Shown: positions 9,214 to 17,895 of the stretch, in pieces
Layout: every line of letters starts with the position of its first letter
How positions within the stretch are numbered: position 1 is the stretch's first letter
Origin: Escherichia phage CJ19
Reading direction: 5' to 3' (one strand)
Sequence record: MT176427.1
DNA: 49,567 bases
Translations under genes and position numbers: made by a program
Notes under the pieces: generated by a model
The model's database searches: none
What the model saw: the letters and a program-made list of their open reading frames with translations, nothing else
Told to the model about the DNA's origin: nothing

Positions 9214-10250
9214 GCTTCCAGGATGTGCTTGAACTGTTTCATTACCCAATCAGGTGTATCCAGTTCGACTTCCGGCTCGCCGTTGTTGTATGAAGGCCAC
9301 ACGTCATTGGCTTCGCACATTGAAAAGGTGTGAATCACGCTCATGTACTGCGCTCGACCAATCTTAAGCTGATCGCTACTCATCCGGTACGCCATCGGCA
9401 AGTAAGGCTCCTTCTTCTCCTGGGCCAGCAATCGCACAACCACAGGTCGCGTTTCCTCAAAGCACTTGACGAACAGGTCACGCTGCAATGCCATCTTGAG
9501 GTAATATCCAAGGTTGAACGCCATGCGCGGGAACTCAGTCGGGTTTGCGCTCATTGTCGTTTTGTAATCAGTGATGACGACAATTTCAGGATGAATCTCA
9601 GGATCGTAACCCATGCGCCGGATGGATTCTGGATCATTAATGATGTCAACATGGTCAAGCCGAACCTTGACTTTAACGCCACAAATTACGCCGAACAACG
9701 AATACTCACGGAATGCCGTCTCGCTATTCATACAGGCGTTATGCTCAGGAATCATTTCAAGAACCTGGCGCATACTTACGCAAGCGTCGTAGTCTTCCGC
9801 CTTAACCAGCTCAACGCCATCGGCCCACGCCTGACACTGTGCGATCATATCAATCAGCCACATGACGTTGAGGTCTTCGCCGCAATCAACCATCATCTTG
9901 ATCAGTTCTGGATATTGCTTACCGCTTGTACCAGTCAGGCCAAATGATTTTAATTTCGTTGCCAATGCTGCCTGGCTAGTGATCACGTTTTCAATCTCGC
10001 TTTCTTTCGGTGCGCGGCGATACTGGCGCTCAAACAGTGCCTTACTCTCGAAATTGGTATGCGACTGCGTACCGAAGACCAGTGCCTTAGTCGTCGAGTT
10101 CATTTCAAACTTCCACGCCGCAGGGCAAGTACTGTGAATCTTGCTGAGTGACGAGCCTGATACATAATCGGCGGTCCACTCATCTTTGCTGTGGTAAAAG
10201 TCGTTACTCATTTCTTCTGACGTGAAGTATTGAAACAGTGGCTTGGTCAT
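9210..10250 (-). CDS. recombination exonuclease (RecE/YqaJ-like, PD-(D/E)XK)
   Basis: 346-aa ORF upstream of annealase gene, acidic nuclease-like core (VVITDYKTT); canonical sigma70-like promoter 10284-10312 upstream. Confidence 0.45.
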   Translation of the reverse strand: MTKPLFQYFTSEEMSNDFYHSKDEWTADYVSGSSLSKIHSTCPAAWKFEMNSTTKALVFGTQSHTNFESKALFERQYRRAPKESEIENVITSQAALATKLKSFGLTGTSGKQYPELIKMMVDCGEDLNVMWLIDMIAQCQAWADGVELVKAEDYDACVSMRQVLEMIPEHNACMNSETAFREYSLFGVICGVKVKVRLDHVDIINDPESIRRMGYDPEIHPEIVVITDYKTTMSANPTEFPRMAFNLGYYLKMALQRDLFVKCFEETRPVVVRLLAQEKKEPYLPMAYRMSSDQLKIGRAQYMSVIHTFSMCEANDVWPSYNNGEPEVELDTPDWVMKQFKHILEA

Positions 10251-10283
10251 CTCTTTAATCCTCGTTCGTTGTTGATGTGGCTA

Positions 10284-10312
10284 ACTATACTCGCTTAGTC
10301 GCATTAGTCAAG
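10284..10312 (-). promoter_or_regulatory. canonical sigma70-like promoter TTGACT-N17-TATAGT
   Basis: -35 at 10307-10312 and -10 at 10284-10289 on the minus strand; leader CATCAACAACGAACGAGGA before exonuclease ATG. Confidence 0.5.
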
Positions 10313-10386
10313 TGGTTACACGTATATAGCTGTAATTCGATGTATACATTGGTGTTAGTTACATAAAAAGGCTATCCGGACCAGCC

Positions 10387-10625
10387 ATAGCTCAATGTAA
10401 ATAGCTTGTATATCGTGTATATCATTTTCAACAGATGGTGCATTGGTGTGCGTGTGACTAAACACTGTATAAATGTACATATTAGAAATTTATAAGCGGA
10501 ACACTCTATAGAAGTAGTTACATGATATACACAGTAATATATATATAATAATAATAAGAGTAAAAGGTTGATATATATAGATATTTTAATGTAACTAATG
10601 CGTAAATTGGCGTAACAGCGCGTAT
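10387..10625. repeat. AT-rich control-region element, copy A
   Basis: Contains ATAGCTCAATGTAA (10387-10400), (AT)5(AAT)3 at 10537-10557, TAAAAGGTTGATATA...GATATTTTAATGTAAC and GCGTAA/GGCGTA repeats; about 80 percent identical over ~90 bp to 41186-41280. Confidence 0.7.
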
Positions 10626-10680
10626 ATCATTTTCCGCGGACGAGATTGCATACACCGAGTTACATCGGTTACGCGTATAC

Positions 10681-10726
10681 AATAGCACGAATAGCTAAAT
10701 ACTCCGTAATCATCCTTTGCTATAGT
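10681..10726 (+). promoter_or_regulatory. promoter cassette (ATAGCAC box + TGCTATAGT)
   Basis: Box 10681-10700; -10 at 10721-10726; leader CCATCGAAACGAAACAC; drives lipoprotein gene. Confidence 0.5.
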
Positions 10727-10766
10727 TACTCCATCGAAACGAAACACACTCACTAAGGAATACAAA

Positions 10767-10997
10767 ATGACTAAATTCATCAAATCGGCAATAATCGCAG
10801 CAGCAGTAATCATGACTGTAGGTTGTTCTTCCGGACCCCGACCTGACGGTTGGTGCGCGACTGAAGTTAACGGCTCATGTGTTGCTAAATGGAAAGGAGG
10901 TGTAGTTGTAGCTTCAGGTGAAACAGATATCCGCTGGGATGGTATCAAAAACCTCTCTGGATCAGTTAAAGATTATGGCACCAAGGAGTGGAAATAA
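10767..10997 (+). CDS. small outer-membrane lipoprotein (Cor-like superinfection-exclusion candidate)
   Basis: 76-aa ORF, signal peptide plus lipobox (MTVGC); promoter cassette 10681-10726 and conserved leader; adjacent to tail-tip gene region. Confidence 0.5.
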   Translation: MTKFIKSAIIAAAVIMTVGCSSGPRPDGWCATEVNGSCVAKWKGGVVVASGETDIRWDGIKNLSGSVKDYGTKEWK

Positions 10998-11959
10998 TGC
11001 CTCAGGGTATCTTGATAGACTTGAATGACGGAAGACCGAGAATGGAGATAACTGCAGGTTTAAGAGCGCCCGCAGTAACAGGAAGCCTTAGCAGTAACTC
11101 CACGTTTGATTCCGCCAATGGCACTAGAGACTTCGGACTAACAATGACTCAAGGATCTGCGGCCTTCATATTGCCGACAAAGGCTATTGACGTTTATGAC
11201 TTCGACTTCATACCTGAGGTTTATTTCATGAATGGATTTTCCAGGGTCAATAACTCAACTGGAAGGATAAGTATAGGGAACTTTAACGGCTCATCAGGAC
11301 ATTTGATTGGATTTGGCGCGCAAGGCTTTGAGGTTCTTGGTGCATCACCAGGCAGCGAGGGGATATTTGTCAGTGATTCGACTAACTTCACTGCAATAAC
11401 ATCAAACAGTAGACTCCTGACTGCTCAGTATGTCGGAACTGTGACTGTGAATGGAAGCTACACACTCCCGGTGACTGGAATACCGTTTGGAAGGTGGAAT
11501 AACCCAAACGTCACCCTTGAGTTTGACGGGGCAAGAATACTATGTAGAAACAATACCTACACAGGAATTGATAATGTCTCAGCATCAGTAACTATCGATC
11601 TTGTTATATTCAACAATACAGCACCAACCGCCGGGCCTGGTTTAACAATGTCAAACGCCTCTGGCCAGATAGTGTTTTCCAGCGTCAAGCGACCTTTTGT
11701 ACTAAGTGGATTCCTCCAGCTTTCCAACTCATACCAATCAATAGGTAATGGGTTTTTCCCAATACTAAGGTGCGGCGCGATGGTTGAGGTTACTGGCGGA
11801 TACAACAACCTTAGATACAAGGGCGTTGCGATGTCAAATGGTCAGGTTAGGGCGCATAAAGGAAGTGTTTATGGTAACTACTCAACGCAGTCTGGCGCGC
11901 AGTTCCCATTCAACACCAACATATCAATGCGGTTACCGTACATACCAAACATGTACTAA
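10988..11959 (+). CDS. hypothetical Asn/Gly/Ser/Thr-rich protein (323 aa), possibly fibre- or receptor-related
   Basis: Translationally coupled to the lipoprotein gene (ATAATG overlap); composition resembles beta-rich fibre domains; followed by hairpin 11962-11986. Confidence 0.4.
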   Translation: MEIMPQGILIDLNDGRPRMEITAGLRAPAVTGSLSSNSTFDSANGTRDFGLTMTQGSAAFILPTKAIDVYDFDFIPEVYFMNGFSRVNNSTGRISIGNFNGSSGHLIGFGAQGFEVLGASPGSEGIFVSDSTNFTAITSNSRLLTAQYVGTVTVNGSYTLPVTGIPFGRWNNPNVTLEFDGARILCRNNTYTGIDNVSASVTIDLVIFNNTAPTAGPGLTMSNASGQIVFSSVKRPFVLSGFLQLSNSYQSIGNGFFPILRCGAMVEVTGGYNNLRYKGVAMSNGQVRAHKGSVYGNYSTQSGAQFPFNTNISMRLPYIPNMY

Positions 11960-11961
11960 AA

Positions 11962-11986
11962 AAGCCCCCAGAAGGGGGCTATATGT
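11962..11986. terminator. hairpin between convergent 323-aa ORF and J
   Basis: Hairpin AGCCCCC-AGAA-GGGGGCT with A-run upstream; weak T-run. Confidence 0.45.
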
Positions 11987-14900
11987 TAACTCCATACTCC
12001 AACTACAACCCTTCCTCCACCTGGCAGGTTAACAGTGATTCCGTTACCGTTAATCTGAACAGTGTTGCTTGTTCCGTTAAACGCGAAGTTACCATTGTTA
12101 GCGTAAAGGCTTCCTCTAACGGTGGCATTACTTAGTTCAGCAAAACCAGATTTATCAATAGCCCACCCATGACTTCCTTGAACGTAGTTGTTAGATTGGA
12201 TCCTGTTACCAATCTTAGCGTTCGTGATTGAACCGTCCTTGATTACGGCGCTCTGTATGAACACCTGGTTGCTCTCAACAACAAAAGGCAATGCCCACTG
12301 ACCGGAACCAGAACCAACCCCATTACTGATCGCGAATCTGTTAGCGTCAAATATGAACTGACTCTTAACACCAGCACCGCTGCCAACAAGTTCCATGCTC
12401 ATCCCTGCGCTATATTCAACCCCATTGTATTTGAGGCCCAATTTAACGCCGTACTGAGCGCCAGCTGATTCAGCATCTACCCATGAGTCAAGTTTTTCAT
12501 TCAGTGCGGCCTGCGTGTCGCCAAGCTGAGCGCTTAAAGCAGTGTCGGCAGTAGTCCTAGCTTCCGTTTCGGTTGCTAGTGCCGTCTGAACTTCAGTTAT
12601 GGAGGCTACGACCTCATCATCAATCTGCGCTTTAAGCTGCGTGAGAGCCTCTACACGAGCCTGAGTTTCATCTGCAATAAGATTCACTGCCTGAACATAT
12701 TCAGCCTTCCTCCTGCCGTTTTCCTTAGTCATTCGACGCACATCCGTGTCGTTTGCAATGGCGTTCTCAAGAATTGATTCCGCTTGCGCCTGAATAGCTC
12801 CGTTTGACTCAATGGCGTTCTGCTGTAGATACTTAAACCCCTCGGAATTCTCGATATCAACCTTAATTTCACCAATGATCGATTCCACGTCATCACTAGC
12901 CATTCCTCGAACAATGTCAGACCAGTCAGATACGTTCCCAATTCTGTCCACTAATCTCGCTCTGTACCAGTTCACATATCCTGCTGGCAGTGTCGAGTGC
13001 CAGTACTCGTACTGTGGGTATGGAATCATTGTTAATAGACTCGCATTCTCCTCACCAGCGTGACCTCCAGCACCATTATCTGGTATCTGCTGCAACTCCG
13101 TGTATGCAGTATCACCAGAGCCTTCAGGGAATCCCCATTTAACCCTAATCCCAAACACCTGATCGTCAGATGCTATTACTACTGTTGGTTTATCTGGTTT
13201 CCCAATCTTACCCGTCAATCCGACGCTGACAACTTCAGACCATGGAGACGTATTTCCACCGCTTGAGATGCTCCTTACGCGTACGTGATAATTGCCTGCG
13301 TAAATCCCTTCAACCTCGACTTCTTTGTTTGCTGTGCGCGGTACGTTCATCCAGTTGCCATTGTCCTTGCGCCACTGCACATCGTACTTGCTCGCGTACT
13401 GCACTTTATCCCATGAGATGACCATAGTTTCTACGCTCATTCCCTGGACAATTCTTGAATATGAAGACACCTTGATATTTTTAGGTGGCTGCATGTTGTC
13501 AGGATCTACAATGCTGGTTGGTCGGTCATCAATATTTACGCCGTAGTCAATCTCGTCGTATTTGTTCGGATCGTATTCAACTGCCGTAATGCTGTACGTG
13601 AACTCATCGTCGCCGTCGCCCTTCGTGATTCCGGTTACAACGTATTGCTGCAAGGCAACATCAGTGCGGTCGATTGCGAATACTGTGTTTGGTTGAACAT
13701 CAAAGCCAAACCCAACGTTAAGCTCAATCGTTTTCCCGTCCGCAGACACTTTTGAAATAGTCCGGCGCACCGGATTACCATCAGCCTTGTTCACGATAAT
13801 GAAATCACCAGCGCGTGCATCTACCTTAAAGTGTGTGAACACTTGCAGGCCAGACACCTCCATCACGCGACCTGATAACGAAAGCGTCAGGTTGCTTGAC
13901 CAGAAGTTATCAGCGATTGCCACCACGTCGCCAATCATCGGAATCATACCCTCAAGGCCAGTTGCAAAACTCACCGTCGTGCTGCGAAGGTTTGTTTTGA
14001 GAACCCAGCGGCCCCGTCGATTCGCTTCACTGCGTCGAGTACATCCGATTGCTGTGATGCTTGTCGGGTTATGACCGAAGCGTAACGAGGCGTTAAGGTC
14101 GAACACACCCTCAATGTCCTGGCTGTACATGTTCTGCTCGTCGTCGAACGTGACGTTGCAGGTTGTGTACATGCTTTTTTCACTTGCGAACGTATAGGCA
14201 AATGAGCCATCAACGACGTTATCGTTAGTGAAAATATAAGACGCCTCTCTCGGTCGGTCGATGACAATTGAAAGGCTCTCTCCGTTCCAGAAACTCATTC
14301 CTCGGAATATTGAGCAAATGTCTCGCACCAGATTGTACGCTTCAACCTGAGACTGAATCACAACATCGCAAAGATAGCGAGGCTCTGTTCCGCCGTGACC
14401 GTCTGGTACTTTCTGATCGCAGTATTGACCAGCGTCATAGAGTGACCACTTATCTACCGCGATCCCTAGTTCTCTTTGGTCGAGTCCGTATCTCTGATTG
14501 GTGATCAAATCATAAAGCACCCACGCCGGATTATTTGACCATGCTTTTTTAAAACTACCATCCCATGTGCCGCTATATTCTCTCAGTACTGGATCGTAGT
14601 TACTAGGAACGTTGATGATCTTCCATTTCTTTTTCGTGCTAATACTTGGGATCTGCGGGAACAACTCGCTGTTAAACTCAACGTAAACAAGACCGGTCAG
14701 AGGGTAACGGAATTTAGCATCAATCACTTCCGCATATGACTGAACGTTTATCGCGTCAACTACACGCGCATCAGTTGAATCAGCCGTAACTCGGCGCACA
14801 CGCAATAGAACCTGACTATTGAACGCTGGGATGTCGATTCGCTTTGTTTTGTCATATCCGCTAATGGTCTTTCCGTCGATGACGTCTGATAAAACTTCCT

Positions 14901-15369
14901 GGTAGTTCCCGCCATCAACCGCCATATCTACGGCCCACTTCACGACCACGCCGACCATATCGCCGTTTTCTTTCGTTGTAACGCCGCGAGGCATCAGGAT
15001 TTTTACGCGGACGGCTGATAGCTGTTTATTCGTTACCGAGATCACGTAAGGCGTCGTTGTTTTCAATTCACGGCCTACAGTGAACTCAGCCGCCGTGTCG
15101 TTGAAGCCTTTGATGTAATCCTGAGTCTGCGTTCCAGGGCGAAACTCAGCCGTTACGCCTTCATAGTTAACCTCGCCGGATGGTGCAATTACAGGAACGT
15201 CATTAAGATATAAGTCCTTTAATGAGAAATTCGCGTCAACCTCGCCATCACTAACAGCGAGCAAAACCTTAATCTTGTTGATTGAGATCAGGTTATCTTC
15301 CATCTCCTGTGGGGTATGCGGCTTGCTGCTGCCACCCTTTCGGCCCGTCACTACACTATTTTTAATCAT
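11986..15369 (-). CDS. tail tip / central tail fibre protein (lambda gpJ-like)
   Basis: 1127-aa ORF at the distal end of a lambda-like M-L-K-I-J gene order. Confidence 0.8.
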   Translation of the reverse strand: MIKNSVVTGRKGGSSKPHTPQEMEDNLISINKIKVLLAVSDGEVDANFSLKDLYLNDVPVIAPSGEVNYEGVTAEFRPGTQTQDYIKGFNDTAAEFTVGRELKTTTPYVISVTNKQLSAVRVKILMPRGVTTKENGDMVGVVVKWAVDMAVDGGNYQEVLSDVIDGKTISGYDKTKRIDIPAFNSQVLLRVRRVTADSTDARVVDAINVQSYAEVIDAKFRYPLTGLVYVEFNSELFPQIPSISTKKKWKIINVPSNYDPVLREYSGTWDGSFKKAWSNNPAWVLYDLITNQRYGLDQRELGIAVDKWSLYDAGQYCDQKVPDGHGGTEPRYLCDVVIQSQVEAYNLVRDICSIFRGMSFWNGESLSIVIDRPREASYIFTNDNVVDGSFAYTFASEKSMYTTCNVTFDDEQNMYSQDIEGVFDLNASLRFGHNPTSITAIGCTRRSEANRRGRWVLKTNLRSTTVSFATGLEGMIPMIGDVVAIADNFWSSNLTLSLSGRVMEVSGLQVFTHFKVDARAGDFIIVNKADGNPVRRTISKVSADGKTIELNVGFGFDVQPNTVFAIDRTDVALQQYVVTGITKGDGDDEFTYSITAVEYDPNKYDEIDYGVNIDDRPTSIVDPDNMQPPKNIKVSSYSRIVQGMSVETMVISWDKVQYASKYDVQWRKDNGNWMNVPRTANKEVEVEGIYAGNYHVRVRSISSGGNTSPWSEVVSVGLTGKIGKPDKPTVVIASDDQVFGIRVKWGFPEGSGDTAYTELQQIPDNGAGGHAGEENASLLTMIPYPQYEYWHSTLPAGYVNWYRARLVDRIGNVSDWSDIVRGMASDDVESIIGEIKVDIENSEGFKYLQQNAIESNGAIQAQAESILENAIANDTDVRRMTKENGRRKAEYVQAVNLIADETQARVEALTQLKAQIDDEVVASITEVQTALATETEARTTADTALSAQLGDTQAALNEKLDSWVDAESAGAQYGVKLGLKYNGVEYSAGMSMELVGSGAGVKSQFIFDANRFAISNGVGSGSGQWALPFVVESNQVFIQSAVIKDGSITNAKIGNRIQSNNYVQGSHGWAIDKSGFAELSNATVRGSLYANNGNFAFNGTSNTVQINGNGITVNLPGGGRVVVGVWS

Positions 15370-15414
15370 GATGTTTAGCCTTTCGTGCGATTTATCGAAG
15401 TTTCATTATACAGG

Positions 15415-15444
15415 CACAAAAAAACCCGCGCAAGGCGGGTTTTA
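15415..15444 (-). terminator. intrinsic terminator between gpI-like and gpJ-like genes
   Basis: On minus strand hairpin AACCCGCC-TTGC-GCGGGTT followed by TTTTTTGTG. Confidence 0.55.
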
Positions 15445-15445
15445 C

Positions 15446-16039
15446 TTATGCCATATCTTCCGCAACGCTGTAGGCTGAGAACGTTGCTCCGCCTACCGTT
15501 CGATACCCGTATGGCACGGGGATCGGGTTTCCTGCTGCTGTCGTGTTTACTGCGCCGCCGAAGGCGTATGATGGTTTGTTCTTGCTGCTTTGAACCTCCA
15601 TCTTTGAGCCGCCTTGCTGTGGTGAAATCATCTGCATTACCCCACCTAGCACCATTGCGCCGCCCATCATAAATGCTGACGTTGCGAACGTACCCATTAG
15701 CGCCAGTGATGCGCCGCCAGTGTAGAATGCTGCGACCATCATCACAGCACCAACAACAATCTGGAACATCCCGCCGTTTTTTGATCCAGTAGGGATCGGA
15801 ATAATGCGGACCTCTTTAGCACAAACGAATGCCGCCTCGTCATGCTGGCCTACATTCTTTCCGTCAACGAATACTGCGAAGTGCATACGTGAGCCGATCT
15901 CACTCTGCATGAACTCCTTAAACCCTTCCACCTGGGATGATAACGCCCGAATCGCTTCCGGGTATGAGTCAACATCATATTTGTGGAAAACGCCGAACCT
16001 GCGCCCCAGCGATCCTGATAGCTTGATTGTCTTTAACAT
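15446..16039 (-). CDS. tail assembly protein (gpI-like)
   Basis: 197-aa ORF with Gly/Ala/Met-rich C-terminal half, positioned between gpK-like and gpJ-like genes. Confidence 0.65.
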   Translation of the reverse strand: MLKTIKLSGSLGRRFGVFHKYDVDSYPEAIRALSSQVEGFKEFMQSEIGSRMHFAVFVDGKNVGQHDEAAFVCAKEVRIIPIPTGSKNGGMFQIVVGAVMMVAAFYTGGASLALMGTFATSAFMMGGAMVLGGVMQMISPQQGGSKMEVQSSKNKPSYAFGGAVNTTAAGNPIPVPYGYRTVGGATFSAYSVAEDMA

Positions 16040-16758
16040 TTTTCTAACTCCTTATGTTTGCAAACCATTACCGTATGTTCCTGGAACCATCCTGAATAGA
16101 CGTCTGTCTTTGACAGTTTGCCAAATGCGTGATGTAGAAGTTGATTATTGCCAAGGTAAATCCCAGCATGATTCCACACCTCAGCTTGTAATTTCATGAT
16201 GATCATATCACCAGGCTCAGGATCTTTTCCGGTTTCAACAAAACCCTCCTTGATGTAGTTGTCCTGGTATAGATTTTCACCATACTCAGGTTTCCACCAC
16301 TCGTAAGGCTTTCTGAAGTCATTCAGTATTACGCCGTGCTCCTTGTGCCATGCCATAACCAGACCCCAGCAATCAAAAGAGCCAAGCGACCAAGGGCGAC
16401 CAATCAGAGGCATGGCTTCAGGATGAACAATTCTCATGTCACCTTCCGGCAGGCTTACAATCACCCAGGGTAACTCCATCTCGTTCAATACGCACAGGTC
16501 GTGAGCGCTTGGTAATGTAGTCGCTCCGTCTCCGGTATGGCTATGAACAATGGCGATCGTGGTTAGGTCGGCGTTATCCTCAATGCAGGCGTATTGCACA
16601 GAGTCAAGCTGGAATCCTTTTTCCGGTTCAGAGTGAACGTTGTCAATTGGCCAGTATTTTTGAACCCGCCCCTTTTGAGTTACCACTCCGCAACATTCAT
16701 TTGGGTATACTGATTTCGCATGTTCGAAGATTGCCATCTTGATTTTACCGTTAATCAT
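16033..16758 (-). CDS. tail assembly protein gpK-like (JAB/MPN + NlpC/P60)
   Basis: JAMM-type motif HSHTGDGATTLPSAHD and downstream Cys/His peptidase signature (DCWGLV). Confidence 0.75.
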   Translation of the reverse strand: MINGKIKMAIFEHAKSVYPNECCGVVTQKGRVQKYWPIDNVHSEPEKGFQLDSVQYACIEDNADLTTIAIVHSHTGDGATTLPSAHDLCVLNEMELPWVIVSLPEGDMRIVHPEAMPLIGRPWSLGSFDCWGLVMAWHKEHGVILNDFRKPYEWWKPEYGENLYQDNYIKEGFVETGKDPEPGDMIIMKLQAEVWNHAGIYLGNNQLLHHAFGKLSKTDVYSGWFQEHTVMVCKHKELEKC

Positions 16759-17501
16759 TGGTTTTTCCTGTCAAGTGATGCGACCGCACAGCCGCCGAAA
16801 TCTAATTCGTTTTCAGCTCCGAATCTCAGTTTGCAGGCCGTTACAGTTCCCGCACAGACGTCCTGAGATGGATCTGATACTGGATTATTGTCTTTATCAA
16901 ACATCCTGCTTCCGTTGTAACCGCAACCGTTGCCGCTTCTGTACCATCCACGCTGCGCCCAAAAGCAAACACTCTGAGTTACTCGCGGCGGGATCATAAT
17001 GCCATCCATATCGTATGGTGATGTCAGGTCGAATCGCGCAAGGTTCTGATCCACAAAGTTCGGTCGCTCAACGTAGTAAACGTATTTTCGGAAGTCGCCA
17101 GCCGCAACGTTGCCTGTACTGCCTAGCATTTCGCGTGAGGTTATCCAGATAGTCACCTTGGCCTGCATCATGCCGTTGTAGGACCGGATAAGCGCCGACA
17201 CGCGGCTATCAAGGTTTGACAAAGATAGCTGAGGCTTTCCGGCCTTGCCGTTACCATTTAGGTCAATGCCAGAGATGCCGAAAGGGCGTGCGCCATATTC
17301 ATTTCCCTGAAAGGTGATTGTTTTTGGCTGAAGGCTCCCGCCTGGCTGTGTAGCTGCTAGTATCTCCTCCGGCGTAAACTGGATGTTCTCATTGTGGAAC
17401 CGGTATACGTCTGCTCCGAACTTCGTGCCGTCAACGTCAATCAGCGTTATAATCTCGCCAGGGAAAAGCCCCTGCAAGACGTTCTCAAACTTAGGTGTCA
17501 T
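16755..17501 (-). CDS. minor tail protein (gpL-like)
   Basis: 248-aa ORF in the L position of lambda-like tail-tip cluster, Cys-containing C-terminus; RBS GGAGG upstream. Confidence 0.65.
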   Translation of the reverse strand: MTPKFENVLQGLFPGEIITLIDVDGTKFGADVYRFHNENIQFTPEEILAATQPGGSLQPKTITFQGNEYGARPFGISGIDLNGNGKAGKPQLSLSNLDSRVSALIRSYNGMMQAKVTIWITSREMLGSTGNVAAGDFRKYVYYVERPNFVDQNLARFDLTSPYDMDGIMIPPRVTQSVCFWAQRGWYRSGNGCGYNGSRMFDKDNNPVSDPSQDVCAGTVTACKLRFGAENELDFGGCAVASLDRKNQ

Positions 17502-17505
17502 GGGA

Positions 17506-17540
17506 TTACCTCCAATAAAAAAGCCCCCGTTAGGAGGCTT
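17506..17540 (-). terminator. terminator-like hairpin between gpM-like and gpL-like genes
   Basis: On minus strand imperfect hairpin AAGCCTCC-TAAC-GGGGGCTT followed by TTTTTTATT, then RBS and L start. Confidence 0.4.
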
Positions 17541-17544
17541 TATT

Positions 17545-17892
17545 CTACACCGCTGTGAAGGCTTCTACAATGGTGCATTTTACGACAAGAAGTCCTCGAC
17601 CGATTGGCTGAGTATTCAGCGTGTCAGGCTTCAATAGGAAGACGCCGATCTTGTCCTCCGGTGGGGTAAAGGCAAAGGCTTTCAGTCTGTGCGATCGCAA
17701 AAATTCGCGCACTTCTTTCCAGTCCTTTCCAACGTAGCTTATTGCGTACTCTCGTCGCTCAGTGTTATAGCCAGAAGATGCAACCTGGCGGAATCCGTTG
17801 CCAAACTGCACCTGCCTGTCATTGTTGGTGACGGTCATTACACCGCCACCATCCTGAACCTGTACGCACCACTTGAAAACGTCTAGGGCCAT
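17545..17892 (-). CDS. minor tail protein (gpM-like)
   Basis: 115-aa ORF immediately downstream of tape measure gene. Confidence 0.6.
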   Translation of the reverse strand: MALDVFKWCVQVQDGGGVMTVTNNDRQVQFGNGFRQVASSGYNTERREYAISYVGKDWKEVREFLRSHRLKAFAFTPPEDKIGVFLLKPDTLNTQPIGRGLLVVKCTIVEAFTAV

Positions 17893-17895
17893 TTA

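Noticed and set aside
10595-10948. 117-aa minus-strand ORF spanning the control region and lipoprotein gene
   Set aside because: Runs antisense through a promoter cassette and a well-supported lipoprotein gene; no RBS; rejected.
12729-14267. ORF-track ORFs inside or antisense to the gpJ-like gene (12729-12941, 12812-13063, 13060-13266, 13325-13546, 13787-14074, 13971-14267)
   Set aside because: Fully nested in a long well-supported gene, no RBS or promoter, low-complexity translations; judged spurious.
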